The notes: generated by a model not told the origin, from the letters alone. 64,000 nt of DNA from Steroidobacteraceae bacterium (GCA_035624385.1 DASPRP010000002.1:7702-71701); one strand, 5' to 3'. Positions 30,639-39,705 are shown, counted from the stretch's first letter. Translations and numbers: made by a program.

Positions 30639-31429
30639 AGCAGTATCTCGAGCTGCTGCGCCGCATCCGCACCGAGGGGGTGCGCAAGGACGACCGCACG
30701 GGCACGGGCACGCTGTCGCTCTTCGGGCAGCAGCTGCGCTGCGATGTCGCGCAGGGATTTCCGCTGCTGACGACCAAGAAGATCCATCTGCCGGCGGTGA
30801 TCTACGAGCTGCTGTGGTTTCTGCGCGGCGACACTAACGTCGCCTGGCTGCACGAGCACGGCGTGACGATCTGGGACGAGTGGGCCAACGAGCGTGGCGA
30901 GCTCGGGCCGGTGTACGGCAAGCAGTGGCGTGCCTGGAGCACGGCCGACGGCCGCACCATCGACCAGATCGCGCTGGCGGTCGAGCGGCTCAGAAGCGAT
31001 CCCAACTCGCGGCGCAATCTGGTGAGCGCCTGGAACGTGGGCGAGCTTGGGTCCATGGCGCTCGCCCCGTGTCACCTGCTGTTCCAGCTGTACGTGGCCG
31101 CCGGGCGGCTGTCGCTGCAGGTGTACCAGCGCAGCTGCGATTTCTTTCTCGGCGTGCCCTTCAACATCGCCAGCTACGCGCTCCTCACCCACATGCTCGC
31201 GCAGCAGTGCGATCTCGAGCCGGGCGAGCTGGTGTGGACCGGCGGCGACTGCCACCTGTACCTGAATCACCTCGAGCAGGCCGACCTGCAGCTGTCGCGT
31301 ACGCCGTACCCGCTGCCGCTCCTCAGGCTCCGGCGCCGCCCGCCGAGCATCTTCGATTACCAGTATGAGGATTTCGAGTTCGTGGATTACCGCGCTCACG
31401 CGACCATCAGGGCGCCGGTGGCGGTATGA
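30635..31429 (+). CDS. thyA: Thymidylate synthase (ThyA)
   Basis: 264 aa. [43 protein letters not shown] and DCHLYLNH are near-universal ThyA motifs. ATGA overlap with the lgt stop. Confidence 0.97.
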   Translation: MKQYLELLRRIRTEGVRKDDRTGTGTLSLFGQQLRCDVAQGFPLLTTKKIHLPAVIYELLWFLRGDTNVAWLHEHGVTIWDEWANERGELGPVYGKQWRAWSTADGRTIDQIALAVERLRSDPNSRRNLVSAWNVGELGSMALAPCHLLFQLYVAAGRLSLQVYQRSCDFFLGVPFNIASYALLTHMLAQQCDLEPGELVWTGGDCHLYLNHLEQADLQLSRTPYPLPLLRLRRRPPSIFDYQYEDFEFVDYRAHATIRAPVAV

Positions 31430-31926
31430 GCCGGACCCCGCGCGCCGGCGGGCCGCTCATCGAGGTGCGGCCCTCGACGCTGCACGGACTCGGCGTGTTC
31501 GCGCTGCGCCGCATCGCGCGTGGCACGCGCGTGATCGAGTACCTGGGTGAGCGTATCTCCCACGAGGAGGCCGACCGGCGCTACCAGGGCAAGAGCGCCA
31601 TTGACAATCACACGTTCCTCTTCATCGCCGACGCGGCCACGGTCATCGACGCCGGCGTCGACGGCAACGAGGCGCGCTTCGTCAATCACGCCTGCGACCC
31701 CAACTGCGAGTCGGTGATCGAGAGCTCGCGGGTGTTCATCGACGCCATCCGCACGATCGCCCCCGGAGAGGAGCTGACTTACGACTACCAGATCCAGCGC
31801 GAGGCCGACGATCCGCCCGACATCGACGCCGTCTTCGCCTGCCGCTGCGGCCTGGCGCGCTGCCGCGGCACCATGATGTGGCCGCCGCGGCGTGCGCAGC
31901 GCGCGCGCCGGAGCGCGCGGCGCTGA
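31426..31926 (+). CDS. SET-domain protein (putative protein-lysine N-methyltransferase)
   Basis: 166 aa. Motifs: [34 protein letters not shown] (NHxCxPN), GEELTYDY (catalytic Tyr) and a post-SET-like [14 protein letters not shown] overlap with the thyA stop. Confidence 0.85.
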   Translation: MSRTPRAGGPLIEVRPSTLHGLGVFALRRIARGTRVIEYLGERISHEEADRRYQGKSAIDNHTFLFIADAATVIDAGVDGNEARFVNHACDPNCESVIESSRVFIDAIRTIAPGEELTYDYQIQREADDPPDIDAVFACRCGLARCRGTMMWPPRRAQRARRSARR

Positions 31927-31930
31927 GGGC

Positions 31931-33790
31931 ATGAACCCCGCACGCCCGCTGCGCCTGGCGGTGGTGGTCGCGGCCACCGGCATCGTCTACGGCGACATCG
32001 GCACGAGTCCGCTCTACACCATGGGGGCGGCGCTCGGCGCCTCCGGTCCCTTCGACGCCGAGGCGGTGCTCGGCGTGCTGTCGCTCATCTTCTGGGCGCT
32101 CGCGATCTCGGTGAGCCTCAAGTACCTCACGGTGATCATGCGGGCCGACAACCAGGGGGAGGGCGGAATCCTGGCGCTGTTCGCGCTGGCGCAGCGGCGC
32201 CTGATCACCGGCAGCACCTGGGCCAAGGTCGCCGTGGGGCTCGCGCTGGCCGGCACCGCCTTCTTCTTCTGCGACGCGCTCATCACGCCGGCGATCTCGG
32301 TGCTGAGCGCCGTCGAGGGACTCGAGGTACTGGACCCGGAGCTCAAGAGCTGGGTGATCCCGGTGACGATCGCGGTCATCGCGGTGCTGTTTGCCCACCA
32401 GCACCGCGGCACGGCCACCGTGGCGGCGCTGTTCGGGCCCATCATGGTCGTGTGGTTCGGGGCGATCGCGGTGATCGGCGCGATCGCGGTCGCGCGCAAC
32501 CCGCAGGTGATGGTGGCGCTCAACCCCGCGTACGGACTCACGCTGCTGTTTCACCGGCCGCCTGTGGCCCTGGCGATCATCGGTGCGGTGTTTCTCGCCA
32601 TCACCGGCGGCGAGGCGCTCTACGCGGACATGGGACACTTCGGCAAGCGCCCGGTGCGCATCGCGTGGTTTGCGCTGGTGGGACCGGCGCTGGTGATCAA
32701 CTACTTCGGCCAGGGCGCGCTGCTGCTCGATCTCGGCCGGCCGGTCGAGCATCCGCTCTACCACCTGGTGCCGGCGGCGGTGCTGCCGTGGCTCGTGATC
32801 CTGGCGACGGCCGCGACGGTCATCGCCTCGCAGGCCACGATCTCCGGGGCATTCTCCATGGCGAGCCAGGCGGTGCACCTCGATCTGCTGCCGCGGCTCA
32901 AGGTGCTGCAGACCTCGGCGCTCGAGCAGGGCCAGATCTACGTGCCGATCGTCAACTGGCTGGTGTTCCCCGCGGTCATCCTCTTCGTGGTGGGCTTCGG
33001 CTCCTCGGACGCGCTCGGCGGCGCCTACGGGGCCGCCGTGGTCGGCACCATGGCGGTCACCACGGTGCTCGGCGCCTTCGTCGCCGCCACGCAGTGGAAC
33101 TGGCCCAAGTGGCAGGTGGCGGGACTCTTCGGCCTGATGCTCATTACCGACACCGCGTTCATCGCCGGCAACATGACCAAGGTACCGGCGGGCGGCTGGA
33201 TCCCGCTCACGCTCGGCGCGATCCTGTACTTCATCTTCATGACCTGGCGCAGCGGCCGTCTCGAGCTGCGCGCCGCGCTCGCCAAGCTCGCCGTGCCGCG
33301 CAGCGAGTTGCCGAAGCTCGTGGCCGGCGTGCAGCGCGTGCCCGGCACCGGAGTGTTTCTCGCCAGCAACCCCACGCTGGTGCCGTCGGCGCTGATCCGC
33401 AACATCGAGCACAACGGCGTGGTGCACCAGCGCGTGATCATCCTCAACGTCGAGATCGTCGATACCCCGCGCCAGGATCCGGCTGGACGGCTCAACATCG
33501 AGGAGCCGGTGCCGGGGATGTACTACATCAGCGCGCGCTTCGGCTTCATGGAGACCCCGGACGTCGCCGAGGCGCTCAAGGCCTGCCGCACGCGCGGGCT
33601 GCGCGTCTTCACCGAGGACAGCTCGTTCTTCGTCGGGCGCCACGTGGTACGCGCGCGTCCGCTGCCCGGTCTGCGCGGCCTGCAGCGGCGGCTGTTTGCG
33701 CGCATGCAGCAATACAGCACGCAGGCGGCGGAGTTCTTCCGCATGCCGTTCCGCGACGTCGTGATCCTCAATACCGCGGTGGAGATCTGA
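31931..33790 (+). CDS. kup: KUP/HAK/KT family potassium transporter
   Basis: Track ORF 31892..33790, trimmed to the ATG at 31931. GIVYGDIGTSPLYT, ADNQGEGGILAL and GGEALYADMGHFG are Kup signatures. Confidence 0.93.
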   Translation: MNPARPLRLAVVVAATGIVYGDIGTSPLYTMGAALGASGPFDAEAVLGVLSLIFWALAISVSLKYLTVIMRADNQGEGGILALFALAQRRLITGSTWAKVAVGLALAGTAFFFCDALITPAISVLSAVEGLEVLDPELKSWVIPVTIAVIAVLFAHQHRGTATVAALFGPIMVVWFGAIAVIGAIAVARNPQVMVALNPAYGLTLLFHRPPVALAIIGAVFLAITGGEALYADMGHFGKRPVRIAWFALVGPALVINYFGQGALLLDLGRPVEHPLYHLVPAAVLPWLVILATAATVIASQATISGAFSMASQAVHLDLLPRLKVLQTSALEQGQIYVPIVNWLVFPAVILFVVGFGSSDALGGAYGAAVVGTMAVTTVLGAFVAATQWNWPKWQVAGLFGLMLITDTAFIAGNMTKVPAGGWIPLTLGAILYFIFMTWRSGRLELRAALAKLAVPRSELPKLVAGVQRVPGTGVFLASNPTLVPSALIRNIEHNGVVHQRVIILNVEIVDTPRQDPAGRLNIEEPVPGMYYISARFGFMETPDVAEALKACRTRGLRVFTEDSSFFVGRHVVRARPLPGLRGLQRRLFARMQQYSTQAAEFFRMPFRDVVILNTAVEI

Positions 33791-33816
33791 GGGACGGCTT
33801 GTCATAATGCCGTCAC

Positions 33817-34347
33817 ATGAGCGTCTCCAAGGCGCCGCTGATCTCCCTCATCGTCGCCATGGCGCAGAACGGCGTCATCGGCCGCGACAATGCGCTGCCG
33901 TGGCGGCTGCCCGCGGACTTGAAGCGCTTCAAGGAGTTCACGCTCGGCAAGCCCATCCTCATGGGGCGCAAGACTTTCGAAGCCATCGGCCGTCCGCTCC
34001 CGGGGCGCGCCAACCTGGTGTTGACGCGCGATCGCGACTGGCACGCTCCGGGCGTGATCCCCGTGCACTCGGTGGAGGAGGCGCTGCGGCAGACGCGCAC
34101 CTGCGATGAGCTGGTGGCGATCGGCGGCGCGGAGATCTACCGGCTGCTGCTGCCGCTGGCGCGGCGCATCTATCTCACTCACGTGCACGCCGACATTCCC
34201 GGCGACACGTACTTTCCGGCGTTCGATCCGGCCCAATGGGACGACGTCGAATACCAGACTCATCCCGCCGACGAGCGCCACGCCTATCCGGTCACCTTCG
34301 TGACGCTCGAGCGGCGCAACGCGCCTGCGCCGCCGCGGCCGCACTGA
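33817..34347 (+). CDS. folA: Dihydrofolate reductase (type 3, FolA)
   Basis: 176 aa. ISLIVAMAQNGVIGRDNALPWRLPADLKRFKEFTLGKPILMGRKTFEAIGRPLPGR.NLVLTR is the canonical DHFR pattern. Confidence 0.93.
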   Translation: MSVSKAPLISLIVAMAQNGVIGRDNALPWRLPADLKRFKEFTLGKPILMGRKTFEAIGRPLPGRANLVLTRDRDWHAPGVIPVHSVEEALRQTRTCDELVAIGGAEIYRLLLPLARRIYLTHVHADIPGDTYFPAFDPAQWDDVEYQTHPADERHAYPVTFVTLERRNAPAPPRPH

Positions 34348-34448
34348 CACGAGCTCGGGCGGTGGCGCGCCTGCGATGCCAGGCAGGCTGCCGCGGCGTT
34401 AACATCGCCAGCCCGCCGCATTCGCCTGCGGGAAGGAGGTCAGCGGTC

Positions 34449-34907
34449 ATGAAGAAACTGACAATCACGGCTTGTGCCATCGCGATGACTCTGAAGCTGC
34501 TCACCGGATGGGCGCAGCTCCCATCGTTGAGCTCGCTCGGTGGCAGTGCGTTCCAGATGCTCGGGGGAAGCCAGGCCGTCTCCAGCATGGCCGGCAATTT
34601 CGTCGGCTCGGCGATGCAGGATCCGCGGCTCGCCTCGCTGCTGAAGGGCAAGAACGTCGATCCTGCGGCAGTTTCCGCCAAGGTGTCCGACGAGTTGTGC
34701 GCGCTGCTCGGCGGCGGCTGCAAGGCACCGTTGACGAATTCGCAGGTGGCGTCGGCGGCGAGCAAGCTCACGCCCACCCAGTCGAAGGCCATCACGGATA
34801 ACTTCAACTCCGCGCTCAGCAAGGCGGCTTCGGACCCGCTGGTGAGCCAGGCGGTCACCCAGGCCGTCGGCAACAAGATTCCGGGGGTGCTGGCCGGGCT
34901 GCTGTAG
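34449..34907 (+). CDS. Hypothetical secreted protein (no family recognised)
   Basis: This is the last 152 codons of track ORF 34236..34907. ATG at 34449 with a strong GGAAGGAGG RBS and an N-terminal hydrophobic signal-like segment (MKKLTITACAIAMTLKLLTGWA). The product is Ser/Ala/Gly-rich. Local GC is lower than in the flanks. Confidence 0.55.
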   Translation: MKKLTITACAIAMTLKLLTGWAQLPSLSSLGGSAFQMLGGSQAVSSMAGNFVGSAMQDPRLASLLKGKNVDPAAVSAKVSDELCALLGGGCKAPLTNSQVASAASKLTPTQSKAITDNFNSALSKAASDPLVSQAVTQAVGNKIPGVLAGLL

Positions 34908-35039
34908 GCCTGCGAGGTTCTGCCTGGGTGTAGCGCGCTGCAACAAGGCGAGCCTTGGCGCTATCTCTCCGGAGGGCGTAGAGTCGCGCCACCGTTGTCT
35001 GCTGATCAGCACCAACAACATCTAAAAGGGAGTCTGATC

Positions 35040-35588
35040 ATGAATAAGCTCCTGGCCTTGAGTTTGCTCACCGCCGTGTCAGCCGGCTTCGCCGTCTCAG
35101 CGAACGCGGCATGTGTGCAGCAGCTGAACGAACTGCCGCAGGCGGCGCTGCGCCCGGTGGCGCTGTGGAGTGCGCCCGGTCTCCTGAGCGTGAGTGACGA
35201 GGGTGACCACGGTGACCGCGGCGGCGCGTCCGTCGTCGGCACCTGGCACGTGACCTACACTACGGCCGGTGCACCGGGAGGCGAAGCGTTCATCCAGTGG
35301 CATAGCGACGGCACAGAGTGGGAGAACATCAACTTTCCCATTCTGGGTGGCAACATCTGCATGGGCTCGTGGAAGTCACTCGATGCGACCCACGTGTATC
35401 GCTACCACGTCGGATGGCTGTACAACGACGGCGTACTGGCGGGTCATTTCATCGAGACCGAGACCGACGTCGTGTCCTGGGACGGCAATTCGTACAGCGG
35501 CCACAACGAGACGAAGCTCTACGATCTCGCTGGGAACCTGCTGGCGGACTTGCCGGGCACTGCGAAGGCAACGCGCATCAAGCCGTAA
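35040..35588 (+). CDS. Hypothetical secreted protein (no family recognised)
   Basis: Track ORF 34995..35588, trimmed to the ATG at 35040 (AAGGGAG RBS). Clear signal peptide MNKLLALSLLTAVSAGFAVSANA. Local GC is lower than in the flanks. Confidence 0.6.
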   Translation: MNKLLALSLLTAVSAGFAVSANAACVQQLNELPQAALRPVALWSAPGLLSVSDEGDHGDRGGASVVGTWHVTYTTAGAPGGEAFIQWHSDGTEWENINFPILGGNICMGSWKSLDATHVYRYHVGWLYNDGVLAGHFIETETDVVSWDGNSYSGHNETKLYDLAGNLLADLPGTAKATRIKP

Positions 35589-35613
35589 CGATCGCCGGCC
35601 ACCCAAGCAAGAC

Positions 35614-35647
35614 CCCCGGACGCGCTGAGGCGCGCCCCGGGGTTGTT
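35614..35647. terminator. Bidirectional-looking terminator hairpin between convergent genes
   Basis: CCCCGG-A-CGCGC (35614-35625), loop TGAG, GCGCG-CC-CCGGGG (35630-35642), then TTGTT. On the other strand it is followed by TCTTGCTT. It lies between the stop at 35588 (+) and the kmo stop at 35651 (-). Confidence 0.5.
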
Positions 35648-35650
35648 CCC

Positions 35651-37009
35651 TCACAGGAGAGCTGGCAGCCGCTCGGTGATGAGCTGCGCGGCGCGCTTGA
35701 GATCGAGCCGGGCGCCGGGCGCATCGCCGGGATCCAGCTCCTCGAGCAGCTGCGCCTGCACCGCGCCGCGGCGCAGCGCCTCGGCGTACGGGATCTCCGG
35801 GTGAAACATCACCATGGAGTAGCGCGGGATGAAGCGGTCGGGGAAGCGCCGCTCGAGCGCCATGGCGAGGCCCTTGAGACGCACGAAGCGCGCATCGAGC
35901 ACCGTATCGCGCATCTCGACGTAGTTCTCCAGCGCCATCTGCGCGATCGCCTCGGTGTTGGGGCGGCGGAGGCGCTCGAACTCAGCGAACAGCGGCTCCC
36001 AGTCCTGGTGCGAGTCCAGGAGCTCGTCGAGCACCCGGCAGTCCTCGAAGGCGGCGTTCATTCCCTGGCCGTGAAAGGGCACGATGGCGTGCGCGGCATC
36101 GCCGAGCAGCAGCAGCTTGCCACCGACGCACCAGGGCTGCGTGTGCACCGTGCCGAGCTGACCCTGCGGGTGCTGGGCGAATTGCTCCACGAGACGCGGC
36201 AGCAGCGGCACGGCGTCGGGGAACTGCTCGGCGAAAAAGCTCGAGACCGCCGCGCCGCTGTCGAGGGAGGCGAAACCGGCGGCGCCGGCGCGCGCCAGGA
36301 ACAGCGTCGCGGTGAAGCTCGCGTCGGTGTTCGGCAGCCCGATCAGCATGAAGCCGCCGCGCGGCCAGATGTGCAGCGCGTGAGTCTCGAGCGCCGGCTC
36401 GCCGGCGAGCGGCGGAACGGTCAGCTCCTTGTAGTCGTGGTCGAGCCACTGCTCGCGCACCGTGACGAGGCCGGCGGCGGCCAGGCTCGTCCGCACGGCG
36501 GAGCCCGCACCATCGGTGGCGATCGCGGGAGCGAGCTCGAGCTCGCGCTCGGTGCCGCTCGCGGTGTCGCGCAGCCGCAGCCGGTTGGCGGCCGGCTGCA
36601 CTCGCGTGCACTGCTGGTTGAAGCGCACCGTCACATTCGCATGACGCAGCGCCTCCTCGATCAGCACCCGGTTGAGGTCCGCGCGGCCGACCGAGTAGAT
36701 GACTTCGTGCTCGCGCTGGCCGTAGGGCTGCAGCGAGCTCGCTCCCGAGCGCTCGTGCACCATGCGCCCGCGCATGGCGATGGTGAGCGGCCGCACCTGC
36801 TCCATGACGCCGGCGCGCTCGAGAGCGCGGATGCCGCGCGCGGCGAGCGCCAGGTTGATCGAGCGGCCGCGCTCAGGTCGCGCCTGACGCGGATCCGGGC
36901 GGCGCTCGTAGAGCGTCACGCCGAGGCCGCGCCGCGCCAGCAGCACCGCGAGCAGCGCGCCGGCGAGCCCGGCGCCGACGATGTTGACGGACGTGCCGGT
37001 ATTCCTCAC
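35651..37009 (-). CDS. kmo: Kynurenine 3-monooxygenase (FAD-dependent)
   Basis: This is the C-terminal 452 codons of track ORF 35651..38194. The GTG at 37009 overlaps the kynU stop (GTGA). Motifs: VNIVGAGLAGALLAVLLARRG (FAD), RGRSINLALAARG, MRGRMVH, ALHIWPRGGFMLIGLPN, LLGDAAHAIVPFHGQGMNAAFEDC and MALENYVEM. All match bacterial KMO as I recall it. Confidence 0.88.
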   Translation of the reverse strand: MRNTGTSVNIVGAGLAGALLAVLLARRGLGVTLYERRPDPRQARPERGRSINLALAARGIRALERAGVMEQVRPLTIAMRGRMVHERSGASSLQPYGQREHEVIYSVGRADLNRVLIEEALRHANVTVRFNQQCTRVQPAANRLRLRDTASGTERELELAPAIATDGAGSAVRTSLAAAGLVTVREQWLDHDYKELTVPPLAGEPALETHALHIWPRGGFMLIGLPNTDASFTATLFLARAGAAGFASLDSGAAVSSFFAEQFPDAVPLLPRLVEQFAQHPQGQLGTVHTQPWCVGGKLLLLGDAAHAIVPFHGQGMNAAFEDCRVLDELLDSHQDWEPLFAEFERLRRPNTEAIAQMALENYVEMRDTVLDARFVRLKGLAMALERRFPDRFIPRYSMVMFHPEIPYAEALRRGAVQAQLLEELDPGDAPGARLDLKRAAQLITERLPALL

Positions 37010-38325
37010 TCGCCGCTCCACAGCACGCGCGCCAGGCACTGGGCGAAGCGCGCGACGTCCTCGAAGCGGTTGTAGAGCGGCACCGGCGCCGCGCGGATGA
37101 TGTCCGGGGTGCGCCAGTCGCACACGATGCCGGCCTCGCGCAGCTGCTCGAAGACCCGCCTGCCCCGGCCCGCGCCGCCGGCGATACGCAGCGACAGCTG
37201 GCAGCCGCGCGCGGCGGTCTCGCGCGGCGTGATGAGCTGCACCCGTGGCTCGAGCGGCCGCAGCAACTCCTCCATGAAGCCGGTGAGCGCGATCGACTTC
37301 GCGCGCAGCGGCTCGATGCCCGCCTCGGCGAACAGCGCCAGCGATGCGACCAGGGGCGCCGCCGCCAGGATCGGCGGGTTGCTCACCTGCCACGAGTCGG
37401 CGCCGGCGGCGGCGTGGAACCGCGCCTCCATGAGAAAGCGGGTGTTCGCCTCGTGCCCCCACCAGCCGGCGAGGCGCGCGCCGGGGAGCGTGCCACGGTG
37501 TGCGCCGCGCGGCAGCGCACCCGTGTGCCGCTCGTGCACGAAGCAGCCGCCGATCGCGCCGGGGCCGGCGTTCAGGTACTTGTAGCTGCACCAAACAGCG
37601 AAGTCTGCGGCGCTGTCGTGCAGCGCCAGCGGGGTGTTGCCGATGGAGTGTGCGAGATCGAAGCCAGCGAGGCAGCCGTGCGCGTGCGCGGCGCGCGCGA
37701 GGCGCGCGATATCGAAGGCCTGGCCAGTGCGGAACTGCACGCCCGGCCACCAGACGAGCGCGATCTCGCTGCCGTGCTCGGCGAGAAACGCCTCGATGGC
37801 GCGCTCGTCCACCAGGTCGGCGCCGGCAGCGGGGGCGAGCTCGAGGAGATTGTCCTGCGGGTCGAGGCCGTGCCAGGCGATCTGCGAGGCGACGGCGTGC
37901 CGGTCGGAGGAGAAGGCGCCGGCCTCGATCAGGATGCGGCGCCGCTCGCCCTCGGGACGATAGAAGCTCGCGAACATCAGGTGCAGATTCACGGTGAGCG
38001 AATTCATCGCGACGACTTCGCTCTCCCGGGCGCCGGTGAGTGCGGCGAGCCCGGTGCGCAGGTTCTCGTGATACGGCACCCACGGGCGGCGCGCGTGCTC
38101 GTGCCCCTCGACGGCGCGCTGCGCCCACTCGTCGAGCTCCTGGAGCACGAGCTCGCGCGCGGCGAGCGGCTGCAGGCCGAGGGAATGACCGCACAGGTAC
38201 ACCAGCGGCGCGCCGCGCTCGTCCACCGGCAGCGCGAAGCGCCCGCGAAAGTGCCGCAACGGATCCGCGGCATCGCGCGCGCGCGCCTGCGCCAGCACCC
38301 CGGTGTCGATCGAGCCCCTGCTCAT
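37006..38325 (-). CDS. kynU: Kynureninase (PLP-dependent)
   Basis: 439 aa. PLRHFRGRFALP...VYLCGHSLGLQP, FDLAHSIGN, WCSYKYLNAGPG (PLP Lys) and GWWGH are kynureninase signatures. Confidence 0.92.
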   Translation of the reverse strand: MSRGSIDTGVLAQARARDAADPLRHFRGRFALPVDERGAPLVYLCGHSLGLQPLAARELVLQELDEWAQRAVEGHEHARRPWVPYHENLRTGLAALTGARESEVVAMNSLTVNLHLMFASFYRPEGERRRILIEAGAFSSDRHAVASQIAWHGLDPQDNLLELAPAAGADLVDERAIEAFLAEHGSEIALVWWPGVQFRTGQAFDIARLARAAHAHGCLAGFDLAHSIGNTPLALHDSAADFAVWCSYKYLNAGPGAIGGCFVHERHTGALPRGAHRGTLPGARLAGWWGHEANTRFLMEARFHAAAGADSWQVSNPPILAAAPLVASLALFAEAGIEPLRAKSIALTGFMEELLRPLEPRVQLITPRETAARGCQLSLRIAGGAGRGRRVFEQLREAGIVCDWRTPDIIRAAPVPLYNRFEDVARFAQCLARVLWSGE

Positions 38326-39137
38326 GAGCTCAGGCGGTAGAGCAGCGGCCGGCTCGGTACCGCGTCGCCGCCGAGCGCCGGCACCTGGATCTCGAGCAGA
38401 CAGGCGCCGTCCGGCACCTCGTCCGGCACGAAGGCCAGCTCGGTGATGGTGGCGGCGGGCCGCGCCGCCTCGCCGAGCGCGCTCGAGCCGGGAGGCAGCC
38501 CGAAGAAGATCCGGTGGGCGGTGAGGCGCCCCTGGTCGTGCGTCCGGTCGATCGACGGCAGATCGACGACCAGGTGGGCGATGTCGCGCTCGACGAGCAG
38601 TGCCGCCGCCTGCCGCGTCAGGTACGCGGGCGTCTCGCCCGAGTAGTCGCGGGTGCGCTTGTCGGCGTCGTTCGGCCGTGTGCGCACGATGAGCGCGCGC
38701 GGCGCGAACGGCAGTGCGCTAAGCCAGGCGCGCTCGAGCGCATGCCGCGTGACGAGCAGATCCGCAGCGCGCGGCTTCGGATCGCTGTCCTCGGCGGTGG
38801 CAGCGGCGGGCTCAGGAGCCACGCTCACCAGCAGCGCCGGCAGGAACCCAAGCGGTGCGACACGGCTCGCGTCGAGCCGCTCGCGCGTCAGATGCCCCAC
38901 GCACTCGGTGTGGGTGCCGTTGCAGTGCGGGACGAGTGAGATCACCTCGCAGTTGCAGCTCGCGCCGCGCAGCACCGTGCCCGGAAAGCCGGGCGCCTCG
39001 AAGGGCCGGGCGCTGGCAGGCGGTGCGCCGAAGTGCCGCGGTTGCGGCCCGTCGAACTCGAGCTGCACGGCGAGGCTCACCGGACCGGCCGTATCGACGC
39101 TGGCCTCCCGTCCGTTGAGCACGATGCGCGCGTTCAC
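38322..39137 (-). CDS. Cyclase-family metal hydrolase, candidate kynurenine formamidase (divergent KynB-like)
   Basis: This is the last 271 codons of track ORF 38322..39899. The GTG at 39137 overlaps the 3-HAO stop, and its own stop overlaps the kynU start. HCNGTHTECVGH resembles the cyclase/KynB HxGTHxDxPxH motif with D-to-E and P-to-V changes. Later, VVDLPSIDRTHDQGRLTAHRIFF resembles the second cyclase motif. Confidence 0.65.
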   Translation of the reverse strand: MNARIVLNGREASVDTAGPVSLAVQLEFDGPQPRHFGAPPASARPFEAPGFPGTVLRGASCNCEVISLVPHCNGTHTECVGHLTRERLDASRVAPLGFLPALLVSVAPEPAAATAEDSDPKPRAADLLVTRHALERAWLSALPFAPRALIVRTRPNDADKRTRDYSGETPAYLTRQAAALLVERDIAHLVVDLPSIDRTHDQGRLTAHRIFFGLPPGSSALGEAARPAATITELAFVPDEVPDGACLLEIQVPALGGDAVPSRPLLYRLSS

Positions 39138-39649
39138 GCGGGGCGCTCCAGCACCGCGCCGCAACGCGGGCAGGTGCGCCGCTCGTGGCTCGAGTAGAAG
39201 CGCTCGAACACCGGGGGGAACTGCTTCTCGATGTCGGTGAGCTGGAAGAACTCCTCGTACAGACGGTTGCCGCAACGCTCGCAATACCACTGAAAGCCGT
39301 CGAGCTCGCCGGCGCGGCGGGCGCGCTCGATGACGAGACCCACGGTGTTGGCGGGCCGCTGCGGTGAGTGCGGCAGCCCGGGCGGAATGAGCAGGACCTC
39401 GCCGGCCCGGATCGGCACGTCCACGGCACGACCATCCTGTATGGTCTTCAGCACCATGTCGCCCTCGAGCTGGTAGAAGAACTCCTCGCCCGGGTCGACG
39501 TGATAGTCCCTGCGCGCGTTGGGTCCGCCCACCACCATGATGATGAAGTCGCCATCGCGGAATACGCGCTTGTTGCCCACGGGCGGCTTGAGTGCGGTCC
39601 GGTTGGCGTCGATCCACTGCCGGAAGTTGAACGCTTGCAGGGATGGCAT
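39134..39649 (-). CDS. nbaC: 3-hydroxyanthranilate 3,4-dioxygenase
   Basis: Track ORF 39134..39724, trimmed to MPSLQAFNFRQWID (cat at 39647-39649). LKPPVGNKRVF.DGDFIIMVVGGPNARRDYHVDPGEEFFYQLEGDMVL, PPGLPHSPQR and the C-terminal rubredoxin-like WYCERCGN...CPRCG match bacterial 3-HAO. Confidence 0.92.
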   Translation of the reverse strand: MPSLQAFNFRQWIDANRTALKPPVGNKRVFRDGDFIIMVVGGPNARRDYHVDPGEEFFYQLEGDMVLKTIQDGRAVDVPIRAGEVLLIPPGLPHSPQRPANTVGLVIERARRAGELDGFQWYCERCGNRLYEEFFQLTDIEKQFPPVFERFYSSHERRTCPRCGAVLERPA

Positions 39650-39705
39650 GTGTCCTCCGCGTCTTTCGCGTATGGTACGCGCTGCGGCAAAGCAAGGAGT
39701 ATCCC

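Noticed and set aside
35651-38194. 847-aa ORF suggesting a large fusion protein spanning kmo and kynU
   Set aside because: The N-terminal 395 codons are an out-of-frame read through kynU (an Arg/Pro/Ala-rich string). The real KMO starts at the GTG at 37009, with the FAD-binding GAGLAG motif a few residues in. The same reasoning applies to 38322..39899 (only the last 271 codons are real) and to 21279..22769 (only the last 141 codons, the GFA protein, are real).
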